Source: Nemertoderma westbladi (taxonomy: Eukaryota; Animalia; Xenacoelomorpha). From it: 64,000 nucleotides of DNA. This document shows positions 35,704-47,236 of the stretch, in pieces (position 1 is the stretch's first letter; each line of letters begins with the position of its first letter). The position numbers and the translations under genes were made by a program. The stretch covers positions 1-64,000 of the forward strand of contig JAUCBJ010004059.1 of NCBI GenBank assembly GCA_032718475.1, read 5' to 3'. The notes beneath the pieces are model-generated. The model had not been told where the DNA came from. It saw only the letters and a program-made list of their open reading frames with translations, and searched no databases.

Positions 35704-37390
35704 GTACTACTACTACTAGGTCGAGCGAACTCGGACAGTGGAAATGAGATTCTTCCAGGCTTCCCGATTCTCCATAGTTGTCGCAATTTCGTTTCTCCCA
35801 AGTTCAGTATCCCTTTCAAGTTGATCTATATATGTTATGGCAGGTCGTCCACGACTACGCTTTCCATGAGTTGGTTGCCAGAGAAGTAGATCTGGTATGA
35901 CCTCGTCTTTACTTCGCCAGCAGTGCCCACTGAATCTTAATCTGCGTTCGCGGAGGGTGGTTGATACAGGTGGTATTGTACCATAAAGCTCGGCGTTTGT
36001 CATGTGTTGTCTCCAGCTGATGTTTAGGGCTGCCCTTAGTAGTCTTGTGTAGCAACCATCAATTCGTTGTTCAAGTGATTTAGTCAGTGTCCAGGTCTCA
36101 CCCCCGTATAAAAATACACTTTCCACTGTGGCTCGAAAGAACTTGGTCTTCAGGTGCCTGGAGAGATCTGATTTCCAGATGGTATCCATTTTTGATAGAG
36201 CTACCCAAGCCTTTGCTTTCCTAACTTCTATGTCCTTTTTGCTACTCTCTATCCATGATCCAAGGTACTGGAAGTCATCGACCTTCCTTAGTTGATTATT
36301 ATCAATGGTTGTCAAGTTTCCATCAACATTAAAGGTCATGAATTCGGTCTTGGTAGCATTTATATGCAATCCAACCTCCTTAGCAGCCCTCTCCACTTTA
36401 TTTAGTAGAAGCTGTGCATCTGCTAGCGTATTAGAGAGCAGGGCGATGTCATCCGCAAAGTCAGTGTCTGTGACTGTAGTTGCCGGATATCTACTACTTC
36501 TGCGTTCTTGAAGTGTGAATCCCAGATCTTCACCCTTTGTGGCCGTCCTCATTGCGTAATCCAGCACAATTACAAATAGTAATGGTGCTAATGTGTCACC
36601 TTGCAGTACGCCAGCCAGGATTGAGAAAAACTCAGTTTCACCATCTGGTGAGAGTACCTGCGCTTCTGTGTCACAATATAGCAATCCAATGCCAGCAACA
36701 ATTACTTCTGGTATTCCATAAGCTCTTAGGATTTCAAGCATTTTACCTCTATGGATGGAGTCGAATGCCTTCTTGAAGTCCACAAAAGTCATGACTGCGG
36801 GGAGATTCTTTGACTTAATTCCTTCAATCAGTCTCCGTAGTGCAAGTATCTGAGCTATTGTTGATCTACTTGGTCGAAATCCGTTTTGGCTCTTACGCAG
36901 TACTTTCTCTATGTGAGGCCTAATCCTATATAGAATCATTTGATTGTATATTTTGGCAGCTACCACAAGCAGACAGATCCCACGATAGTTTGTTGGTATG
37001 CCGAGGTCTCCTTTCTTGGGGAGAGGCTTTAATTGACCTAAAAGTCCAAATTGGTGGTGGCTTTTCCCCTTTTAACATCCGGTTGCAAACATTCAATAAT
37101 GGTCTATTTAGCACTCCGGTTTTCCATACCTCCGCTGGGATTTCATCTAATCCACTCGCTTTATTATTGGACATGCTTTTAATGCTTCTTTGGAGTTCGG
37201 CAGGTGTGAAGTCCCCTGTTTCTATAGGTAGTGTCTTGTCATATATTTTCCTTGTAGGGCTGACCTCGATGTTTGGTGGCTGCCCAAGCAAGTTGCTGAA
37301 GTGATTTTTCCACTTCCCAACACGTTCTTCAGGACTATCGGCTTTGAGGCGCCCCTTTGCACAACTTTTCCGACCAGATACCTCATTTAC
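35704..37390 (-). mobile_element. RTE-clade LINE, 5'-truncated, one frameshift near 37030, (TAG)n tail
   Basis: QNGFRPSRST, DFKKAFDS, GVLQGDTLAP, DFADD, FQYLGS, YGGETWTL, RRLRFSGHCWR and RSRGRP; tail at 35718-35704. Confidence 0.9.
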
Positions 37391-37479
37391 AGTATGTCAG
37401 AAAAAGTATGTCTCAAATAAATGTAGAGTGTCCCAAAAAACCCTTCTTTAAATATATTATAATATATTACAATTATTTT

Positions 37480-37620
37480 GGTGCGCGAAAAAATTGTTGG
37501 GATAGAAACAATCGAATAAGGGGTAACAAGGTGCCCAGAATCGAGTGGCGGGGTGTGTTTGTTGTAAAAACACGTGGAAACGGTCGAAATGGCGGGTTTA
37601 TTTAAGTAAGCGTGGGAAGC
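37480..37620. repeat. Dispersed repeat with an inverted copy at about 61885-61965
   Basis: GAATCGAGTGG...GGAAACGGTCGAAATGG...AAGTAAGCG versus its reverse complement. Confidence 0.75.
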
Positions 37621-37842
37621 CAATTTAAAAATCGGCTGTGTTTGGCTGCTACAGATGTGACGTCATTACAAAATTATCCGATAATTTTTTATCTGGTTTC
37701 TATGGACAGCGATTTTCGATCCATTTAAAATAGGGTTTAAGAAATTCATGATACAGAAAGAAAAAAGTACCCATGAAACTTTTGAATATTTTGTGAAATA
37801 TAATGGATTTTAAAATTTTTTTTTTAAATTGAACAATGTAGG

Positions 37843-40106
37843 GTCTAAAGCAGTCTAACTCTAAAATAAAATATGTAAAAACAGTCTAAAGCAGTCTAAC
37901 TCTAAAATAAAATATGTAAAAACAGTCTAAAGCAGTCTAACTCTAAAATAAAATATATAAAAACAGTCTAAAGCAGTCTAACTCTAAAATAAAATATATA
38001 AAAACAGTCTAAAGCAGTCTAACTCAAAACTAAAATATGTAAAAACAGTCTAAAGCAGTCTAACTCTAAAATAAAATATATAAAAACAGTCTAAAGCAGT
38101 CTAACTCTAAAATAAAATATATAAAAACAGTCTAAAGCAGTCTAACTCTAAAATAAAATATATAAAAACAGTCTAAAGCAGTCTAACTCTAAAATAAAAT
38201 ATGTAAAAACAGTCTAAAGCAGTCTAACTCTAAAATAAAATATGTAAAAACAGTCTAAAGCAGTCTAACTCTAAAATAAAATATATAAAAACAGTCTAAA
38301 GCAGTCTAACTCTAAAATAAAATATGTAAAAACAGTCTAAAGCAGTCTAACTCTAAAATAAAATATGTAAAAACAGTCTAAAGCAGTCTAACTCTAAAAT
38401 AAAATATATAAAAACAGTCTAAAGCAGGCTAACTCTAAAATAAAATATATAAAAACAGTCTAAAGCAGTCTAACTCTAAAATAAAATATATAAAAACAGT
38501 CTAAAGCAATCTAACTCTAAAATAAAATATATAAAAACAGTCTAAAGCAGTCTAACTCTAAAATAAAATATGTAAAAACAGTCTAAAGCAGTCTAACTCT
38601 AAAATAAAATATGTAAAAACAGTCTAAAGCAGTCTAACTCTAAAATAAAATATGTAAAAACAGTCTAAAGCAGTCTAACTCTAAAATAAAATATGTAAAA
38701 ACAGTCTAAAGCAGTCTAACTCTAAAATAAAATATGTAAAAACAGTCTAAAGCAGTCTAACTCTAAAATAAAATATGTAAAAACAGTCTAAAGCAGTCTA
38801 ACTCTAAAATAAAATATATAAAAACAGTCTAAAGCAGTCTAACTCTAAAATAAAATATATAAAAACAGTCTAAAGCAGTCTAACTCTAAAATAAAATATA
38901 TAAAAACAGTCTAAAGCAGTCTAACTCTAAAATAAAATATATAAAAACAGTCTAAAGCAGTCTAACTCTAAAATAAAATATATAAAAACAGTCTAAAGCA
39001 GTCTAACTCTAAAATAAAATATATAAAAACAGTCTAAAGCAGTCTAACTCTAAAATAAAATATATAAAAACAGTCTAAAGCAGTCTAACTCTAAAATAAA
39101 ATATATAAAAACAGTCTAAAGCAGTCTAACTCTAAAATAAAATATATAAAAACAGTCTAAAGCAGTCTAACTCTAAAATAAAATATGTAAAAACAGTCTA
39201 AAGCAGTCTAACTCTAAAATAAAATATGTAAAAACAGTCTAAAGCAGTCTAACTCTAAAATAAAATATGTAAAAACAGTCTAAAGCAGTCTAACTCTAAA
39301 ATAAAATATATAAAAACAGTCTAAAGCAGTCTAACTCTAAAATAAAATATATAAAAACAGTCTAAAGCAGTCTAACTCTAAAATAAAATATATAAAAACA
39401 GTCTAAAGCAGTCTAACTCTAAAATAAAATATATAAAAACAGTCTAAAGCAGTCTAACTCTAAAATAAAATATGTAAAAACAGTCTAAAGCAGTCTAACT
39501 CTAAAATAAAATATGTAAAAACAGTCTAAAGCAGTCTAACTCTAAAATAAAATATGTAAAAACAGTCTAAAGCAGTCTAACTCTAAAATAAAATATGTAA
39601 AAACAGTCTAAAGCAGTCTAACTCTAAAATAAAATATGTAAAAACAGTCTAAAGCAGTCTAACTCTAAAATAAAATATGTAAAAACAGTCTAAAGCAGTC
39701 TAACTCTAAAATAAAATATGTAAAAACAGTCTAAAGCAGTCTAACTCTAAAATAAAATATATAAAAACAGTCTAAAGCAGTCTAACTCTAAAATAAAATA
39801 TATAAAAACAGTCTAAAGCAGTCTAACTCTAAAATAAAATATATAAAAACAGTCTAAAGCAGTCTAACTCTAAAATAAAATATATAAAAACAGTCTAAAG
39901 CAGTCTAACTCTAAAATAAAATATATAAAAACAGTCTAAAGCAGTCTAACTCTAAAATAAAATATATAAAAACAGTCTAAAGCAGTCTAACTCTAAAATA
40001 AAATATATAAAAACAGTCTAAAGCAGTCTAACTCTAAAATAAAATATATAAAAACAGTCTAAAGCAGTCTAACTCTAAAATAAAATATATAAAAACAGTC
40101 TAAAGC
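37843..40106. repeat. 41-bp minisatellite, about 55 copies
   Basis: Unit GTCTAAAGCAGTCTAACTCTAAAATAAAATATRTAAAAACA. Confidence 0.95.
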
Positions 40107-40812
40107 GGATAGTTCTTTTTACAGAACACAGCAGAACACAGTAGAACACAGCAGAACACAATAGAATAAAGGCGGAACATAGGCGAACACAGCTGTAATT
40201 AAAATCTACAGCAAAAAATAACACACTTGGGAAAGTACCGGACTTAATCATACAACTGTAAGATGTCAATTACATTATTTAAATTAAATGGCGGTTTTCC
40301 ATATCCTCCAAAATAAATTACCTGATCAGAGTTGCCCGATCAGCTGTTCGGTTAGGCCTGTACCTGTTACTAGTCCAGCAGTCTGCCTGTTCCAATACTG
40401 CAGTAGGCCTAGTGCTGTAGAGACATGTACAGACTGACAGACTGTACATTGTACAGGCAGACAGATGTAGGCATTTACCGGCAATTACCGGGCACAGTGT
40501 AGAGTATATTACCAATGTACTGATATAGGCCTATTCAGCTACCGGTACTGTACTGCTGTAGAACTAACCAACTCTCCATGGTTACAGGATAGTGAGAAGT
40601 AATTTATTTTGGAGGATATGGAAAACCGCCATTTAATTTAAATATGTAATTGACATCTTACAGTTGTATGATTAAATCCGGTACTTTCCCAAGTCTGTTA
40701 TTTTTTGGTGTAGATTTTAATTACAGCTGTGTTCGCCTATGTTCCGCCTGTATTCTATTGTGTTCTGCTGTGTTCTACTGTGTTCTGCTGTGTTCTGTAA
40801 AAAGATATATCC
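40107..40812. mobile_element. MULE-type MITE with TIRs of about 215 bp and 9-bp TSD GTCTAAAGC
   Basis: 40107-40321 is the reverse complement of about 40598-40812; GTCTAAAGC at 40098-40106 and 40813-40821; termini GGA...TCC. Confidence 0.85.
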
Positions 40813-42498
40813 GTCTAAAGCAGTCTAACTCTAAAATAAAATATATAAAAACAGTCTAAAGCAGTCTAACTCTAAAATAAAATATATAAAAACAGTCTAA
40901 AGCAGTCTAACTCTAAAATAAAATATATAAAAACAGTCTAAAGCAGTCTAACTCTAAAATAAAATATATAAAAACAGTCTAAAGCAGTCTAACTCTAAAA
41001 TAAAATATATAAAACTGTCTAACTCTAAAATAAAATATGTAAAACTGTCTAACTCTAAAATAAAATATGTAAAACTGTCTAACTCTAAAATAAAATATAT
41101 AAAACTGTCTAACTCTAAAATAAAATGTGTAAAACTGTCTAACTCTAAAATAAAATATATAAAAACAGTCTAACGCAGTCTAACTCTAAAATAAAATATA
41201 TAAAAACAGTCTAAAGCAGTCTAACTCTAAAATAAAATATATAAAAACAGTCTAAAGCAGTCTAACTCTAAAATAAAATATATAAAAACAGTCTAAAGCA
41301 GTCTAACTCTAAAATAAAATATATAAAAACAGTCTAAAGCAGTCTAACTCTAAAATAAAATATATAAAAACAGTCTAAAGCAGTAACTCTAAAATAAAAT
41401 ATATAAAAACAGTCTAAAGCAGTCTAACTCTAAAATAAAATATATAAAACTGTCTAACTCTAAAATAAAATATGTAAAACTGTCTAACTCTAAAATAAAA
41501 TATGTAAAACTGTCTAACTCTAAAATAAAATATATAAAACTGTCTAACTCTAAAATAAAATATGTAAAACTGTCTAACTCTAAAATAAAATATATAAAAA
41601 CAGTCTAAAGCAGTCTAACTCTAAAATAAAATATATAAAACTGTCTAACTCTAAAATAAAATATGTAAAACTGTCTAACTCTAAAATAAAATATGTAAAA
41701 CTGTCTAACTCTAAAATAAAATATATAAAGCAGTCTAACTCTAAAATAAAATATATAAAAACAGTCTAAAGCAGTCTAACTCTAAAATAAAATATATAAA
41801 AACAGTCTAAAGCAGTCTAACTCTAAAATAAAATATATAAAACTGTCTAACTCTAAAATAAAATATGTAAAACTGTCTAACTCTAAAATAAAATATGTAA
41901 AACTGTCTAACTCTAAAATAAAATATGTAAAACTGTCTAACTCTAAAATAAAATATATAAAACTGTCTAACTCTAAAATAAAATATGTAAAACTGTCTAA
42001 CTCTAAAATAAAATATATAAAAACAGTCTAAAGCAGTCTAACTCTAAAATAAAATATATAAAACTGTCTAACTCTAAAATAAAATATGTAAAACTGTCTA
42101 ACTCTAAAATAAAATATGTAAAACTGTCTAACTCTAAAATAAAATATATAAAGCAGTCTAACTCCAAAATAAAATATATAAAAACAGTCTAAAGCAGTCT
42201 AACTCTAAAATAAAATATATAAAAACAGTCTAAAGCAGTCTAACTCTAAAATAAAATATATAAAACTGTCTAACTCTAAAATAAAATATGTAAAACTGTC
42301 TAACTCTAAAATAAAATATGTAAAACTGTCTAACTCTAAAATAAAATATATAAAGCAGTCTAACACTAAAATAAAATATATAAAAACAGTCTAAAGCAGT
42401 CTAACTCTAAAATAAAATATATAAAAACAGTCTAAAGCAGTCTAACTCTAAAATAAAATATATAAAACTGTCTAACTCTAAAATAAAATATGTAAAAC
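40813..42498. repeat. Continuation of the minisatellite with mixed 41-bp and 30-bp units
   Basis: The 30-bp variant AAAACTGTCTAACTCTAAAATAAAATATRT appears from about 41010. Confidence 0.92.
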
Positions 42499-42514
42499 TT
42501 AGCGTAGGCGTAGT

Positions 42515-44150
42515 TTACATAGCGTAGGCTAAATAAGGATGGACAAGAGCGAAATACAAGGTACGAAGGATATTTAGGGGGAAAATATATCGTAATTTAT
42601 AAAATATACCAGATACCCTAGACAATTTTTTTAGAAGAAAGGAAATATGTGTGTCCCATTTTAATTTATTATCGATATTTAGTCCCAGGTATTTGACAGA
42701 TTTCACTTCTTGTAGTATGTTGTCTTTAAATTTTACATGTGGCACGGGGCCTAGATTTGTTCTATTTGTGTAAATTGTATATTCTGTTTTTTTTAGGTTG
42801 ATTGATAGCTTATTATCTTGTAGCCATTTTGAAATTTTATCGCGTTCAAGGTTAAAACCACTTACAAAAATACTACCAGCATCTTTAGAAAATTGTAAGA
42901 GGCTAGTGTCATCTGCAAATAATGTTGTATATAAGTTAGTTGCATTAGGGAGGTCATTTATATAAATTAAAAACAAAACCGGACCCAAAATACTGCCCTG
43001 GGGGACCCCACAGACAATTAATAGGACAGGGATCAGATAACGTATTCCCCAATGAGACTGCCTGCACTCTATTTTGGAGATAATCTCTGAAAAAATGTAG
43101 CGGTATCCCTCTAATTCCGTATCCGCTCATTTTATTTATTAAAATTTTGTGGTCCAGACAGTCAAAAGCCTTCTTAAGGTCTAGGAACACTACACACGCA
43201 TCCAGTGCTTCCAGTATCTATTATCGTCCAGTGCTTCGCGTATTCTTTCAACAATATTTAATATCGCTTGGCTGGTAGTAATTTTTTTTACGAAAACCAA
43301 ATTGATTTTTGTTAAAAATTAAAAAATTATCTAGGTATGACTGCAGTTGAGAATTCACAATTTTCTCTAGTATTTTACTGAATACGGGAAGGACGCTGAT
43401 TGGGCGATAATTAGATGTATCCATGGGGTCACCTCCTTTATATATGGGGAATACTTTAGCACATTTTAAAATGTCAGGAAAAAATCCTCTAGATACTGTA
43501 TACTCAAGTTGAAGAGGTGATTTAAGTGTATCGAGAGGGGCCGCAAGTTTTATTAATTTAATTGGGAACGTATCATTAATTGCAGATGAGTCATTGAGTT
43601 GTAACAGAAGATATTCGACCTCAACCGGCGAGGTGTCGATTAATTGAAAGGACTGATGGTGCTTATTTTGAATAAATCTAGTATGGGACCTATTAGAGGG
43701 AACTATATTGTCAGCTAAATGTTTACCTATCGTTGAAAAAAACTCACTGAACTCCATAGCGATTTCACTTTCAGTTTCTAAAAATATAGGTTTCGATGTA
43801 ATACAATTTCATTTTAATTTGTTGGGAATTTTGGTCTTCCTATTGCGACTCAGCGCACCATTTATAGTCTGCCGTGTTTCGTGTTCGATTTATTTTCTTT
43901 AAACTGATTGACATAGAAATTTTTTTCAGCTTTCCTGTATAATTTTGTGCATATGTTTCTGTATGTTTTTTATTTATTTAGATTCTCATCCGTGGGTTTT
44001 GAGATATACCGAGCATACAGCTTATTTTTTTTTATAGAACATTTTATTAAAAAATGAGTTATCCACGGACGACGCGAGGTGTATTTCTTTGTCTGAATTT
44101 TTTTTGGCAGATGATTTTCACATGTTTTCAAATTTATTATAGAAATTTTT
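42515..44150 (-). mobile_element. Degenerate L2/Crack-like LINE RT, 3' end cut by the minisatellite
   Basis: NYRPISVLP, NQFGFR, FLDLKKAFD, PQGS and FADDT spread over three frames. Confidence 0.85.
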
Positions 44151-44274
44151 AAATTTGTCCTTGTCTTCTACAACCGGTAGGTAGGTAATGCAGTAGCCTA
44201 CTGGCTGTCAGGCAATTAATAATGAATACCAAACTATTGTTTATGTGGTAACCATGGCGGCGTGACTTTACATC

Positions 44275-46040
44275 GCTGGTGTATGTATACTAACCTCGCG
44301 AACATTATACTACCGAGGGCCCCCGCCAAGGTGCAATAGAAACCAACCCAGCCCGCGGTCTGCTGGTGTATGTATACTAACCTCGCGAACATTATACTAC
44401 CGAGGGCCCCCGCCAAGGTGCAATAGAAACCAACCCAGCCCGCGGTCTGCTGGTGTATGTATACTAACCTCGCGAACATTATACTACCGAGGGCCCCCAC
44501 CAAGGTGCAATAGAAACCAACCCAGCCCGCGGTCTGCTGGTGTATGTATACTAACCTCGCGAACATTATACTACCGAGGGCCCCCGCCAAGGTGCAATAG
44601 AAACCAACCCAGCCCGCGGTCTGCTGGTGTATGTATACTAACCTCGCGAACATTATACTACCGAGGGACCCCGCCAAGGTGCAATAGAAACCAACCCAGC
44701 CCGCGGTCTGCTGGTGTATGTATACTAACCTAGCGAACATTATACTACCGAGGGACCCCGCCAAGGTGCAATAGAAACCAACCCAGCCCGCGGTCTGCTG
44801 GTGTATGTATACTAACCTCGCGAACATTATACTACCGAGGGACCCCGCCAAGGTGCAATAGAAACCAACCCAGCCCGCGGTCTGCTGGTGTATGTATACT
44901 AACCTCGCGAACATTATACTACCGAGGGACCCCGCCAAGGTGCAATAGAAACCAACCCAGCCCGCGGTCTGCTGGTGTATGTATACTAACCTCGCGAACA
45001 TTATACTACCGAGGGACCCCGCCAAGGTGCAATAGAAACCAACCCAGCCCGCGGTCTGCTGGTGTATGTATACTAACCTCGCGAACATTATACTACCGAG
45101 GGCCCCCGCCAAGGTGCAATAGAAACCAACCCAGCCCGCGGTCTGCTGGTGTATGTATGTATACTAACCTCGCGAACATTATACTACCGAGGGCCCCCGC
45201 CAAGGTGCAATAGAAACCAACCCAGTCCGCGGTCTGCTGGTGTATGTATGTATACTAACCTCGCGAACATTATACTACCGAGGGCCCCCGCCAAGGTGCA
45301 ATAGAAACCAACCCAGTCCGCGGTCTGCTGGTGTATGTATGTATACTAACCTCGCGAACATTATACTACCGAGGGCCCCCGCCAAGGTGCAATAGAAACC
45401 AACCCAGCCCGCGGTCTGCTGGTGTATGTATACTAACCTCGCGAACATTATACTACCGAGGGCCCCCGCCAAGGTGCAATAGAAACCAACCCAGCCCGCG
45501 GTCTGCTGGTGTATGTATACTAACCTCGCGAACATTATACTACCGAGGGACCCCGCCAAGGTGCAATAGAAACCAACCCAGCCCGCGGTCTGCTGGTGTA
45601 TGTATACTAACCTCGCGAACATTATACTACCGAGGGCCCCCGCCAAGGTGCAATAGAAACCAACCCAGCCCGCGGTCTGCTGGTGTATGTATGTATACTA
45701 ACCTCGCGAACATTATACTACCGAGGGCCCCCGCCAAGGTGCAATAGAAACCAACCCAGCCCGCGGTCTGCTGGTGTATGTATACTAACCTCGCGAACAT
45801 TATACTACCGAGGCCCCCGCCAAGGTGCAATAGAAACCAACCCAGCCCGCGGTCTGCTGGTGTATGTATACTAACCTCGCGAACATTATACTACCGAGGG
45901 CCCCCGCCAAGGTGCAATAGAAACCAACCCAGCCCGCGGTCTGCTGGTGTATGTATACTAACCTCGCGAACATTATACTACCGAGGGCCCCCGCCAAGGT
46001 GCAATAGAAACCAACCCAGCCCGCGGTCTGCTGGTGTATA
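44275..46040 (-). repeat. 87-bp tandem array, about 20 copies, derived from an exon 3' end plus splice donor of the SLC49A4-like gene
   Basis: The unit translates as QQTAGWVGFYCTLAGALGSIMFARLVYIH and contains AG|GTTAGT. Confidence 0.9.
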
Positions 46041-46139
46041 TTGATGTTCTCCAAATCGACGCCAAGAACTGAGAGATATGACGTCATAAACCCAGAGTAT
46101 AACGAGTAAACAAGTGAAACTTTCCAGAAGTTTCTCGAT
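45963..46139 (-). CDS. SLC49A4: SLC49A4/DIRC2-like MFS transporter, internal exon (phase 2 to 2)
   Basis: TTTTAG|A TCG...; SRNFWKVSLVYSL...INIHQQTAGWVGF...IMFAR|GTTAGT resembles DIRC2 NFRFLMIALAY...SQVDAGWIGF...AMAR as remembered. Confidence 0.8.
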
Positions 46140-46885
46140 CTAAAATAGAAACACCGATGAGCCAAAATAATTTACGCCAAATTAAATTACTGTGAGTTGC
46201 AAAAAGTATAGCAAAAATTAAAAAAGTAGAAGATTTTTCGTATTCCCACGGTATTATATTTACCAAGTGATGTTAGTACAGACTCGAGAGAATAGAGAAA
46301 AAAATACAGTAAATATAAAGATAAACGAGTCAGGAACTTGAACTGAAACTAAAATTGACCCGTAAGGTCCTCCGTCTTTATCAGAAATATTGCAAAAAAA
46401 CGTATGTTTGTAATTTTAATCATTCTACTTTCGCGTCTACTTTCGCGTTTATCTTTGCTAAATGTTAAAAATGGATGTCAACTCACTGAAAAGTATAGAG
46501 AACTAATGTTCTTTTTTGTAATATAAAGTAATTTAATTCTAAATTTTTTACCTTTCCATGGTTCATTCTTTAATACAAAATATTAGAAATTATGTTTTTT
46601 AATTAATTTAATTATAGTATTTTACTATATTGCTTCCATAGTTACTGCGATTCAAATTATCGTACTATACAACTCCTGATGATGCCTCACTCAATGTTAA
46701 ATAATTTAGTGAATACTCGAATGTATAGTAGTGGAGACTAGAGATACGCTCAACTACTTAACCCAATATTGGATATTGAGTTCTGTCTTGGAGTTCGCCT
46801 TGCAGACTATAAAATTATAATATAATTATAATTTTCGATGTGGTCAAAACCCGATGATTCGATTTACAGCTTATCAGGAACTCAC

Positions 46886-47015
46886 CTGACAATTTTAATA
46901 ATTCCGAGTTTGAATTCGGTTCTGGTGGACGACGCCGAAGCGGTGGGCGGTTTGGGTGGCTTCGCGGGGAAGTAAAGCAAGACGAGTATAAAAAGTACGA
47001 CACAGGCGCCAAATT
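46886..47015 (-). CDS. SLC49A4: SLC49A4/DIRC2-like internal exon (phase 1 to 2)
   Basis: TTCTTTAG|AA...AG|GTGAGT; EFGACVVLFILVLLYFPAKPPKPPTASAS carries the SLC49 family F..PP.PPS/T motif. Confidence 0.85.
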
Positions 47016-47236
47016 CTAAAGAAATTAAAACAAATATAATGAAAAGAAAGCGTACAGAGAAATTCAACAATTGTTGCTCAGATTAGGCTGAATTTAATGA
47101 AGTGCTCATAGTGTACAGTATACTGCAATTTAAGTAGTACCGAGGTGGATCATTTCAAACACAGGACGTTATGTCTTGAAAAATAAATGGGGTTATCGCA
47201 TGGCGTATGTTGGAATAGAGTTATGTTATCAGAGAT

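Noticed and set aside
19408-42498. 31-41-bp arrays as CRISPR arrays
   Set aside because: Units are head-to-tail with no unique spacers, there are no cas genes, and the context is eukaryotic.
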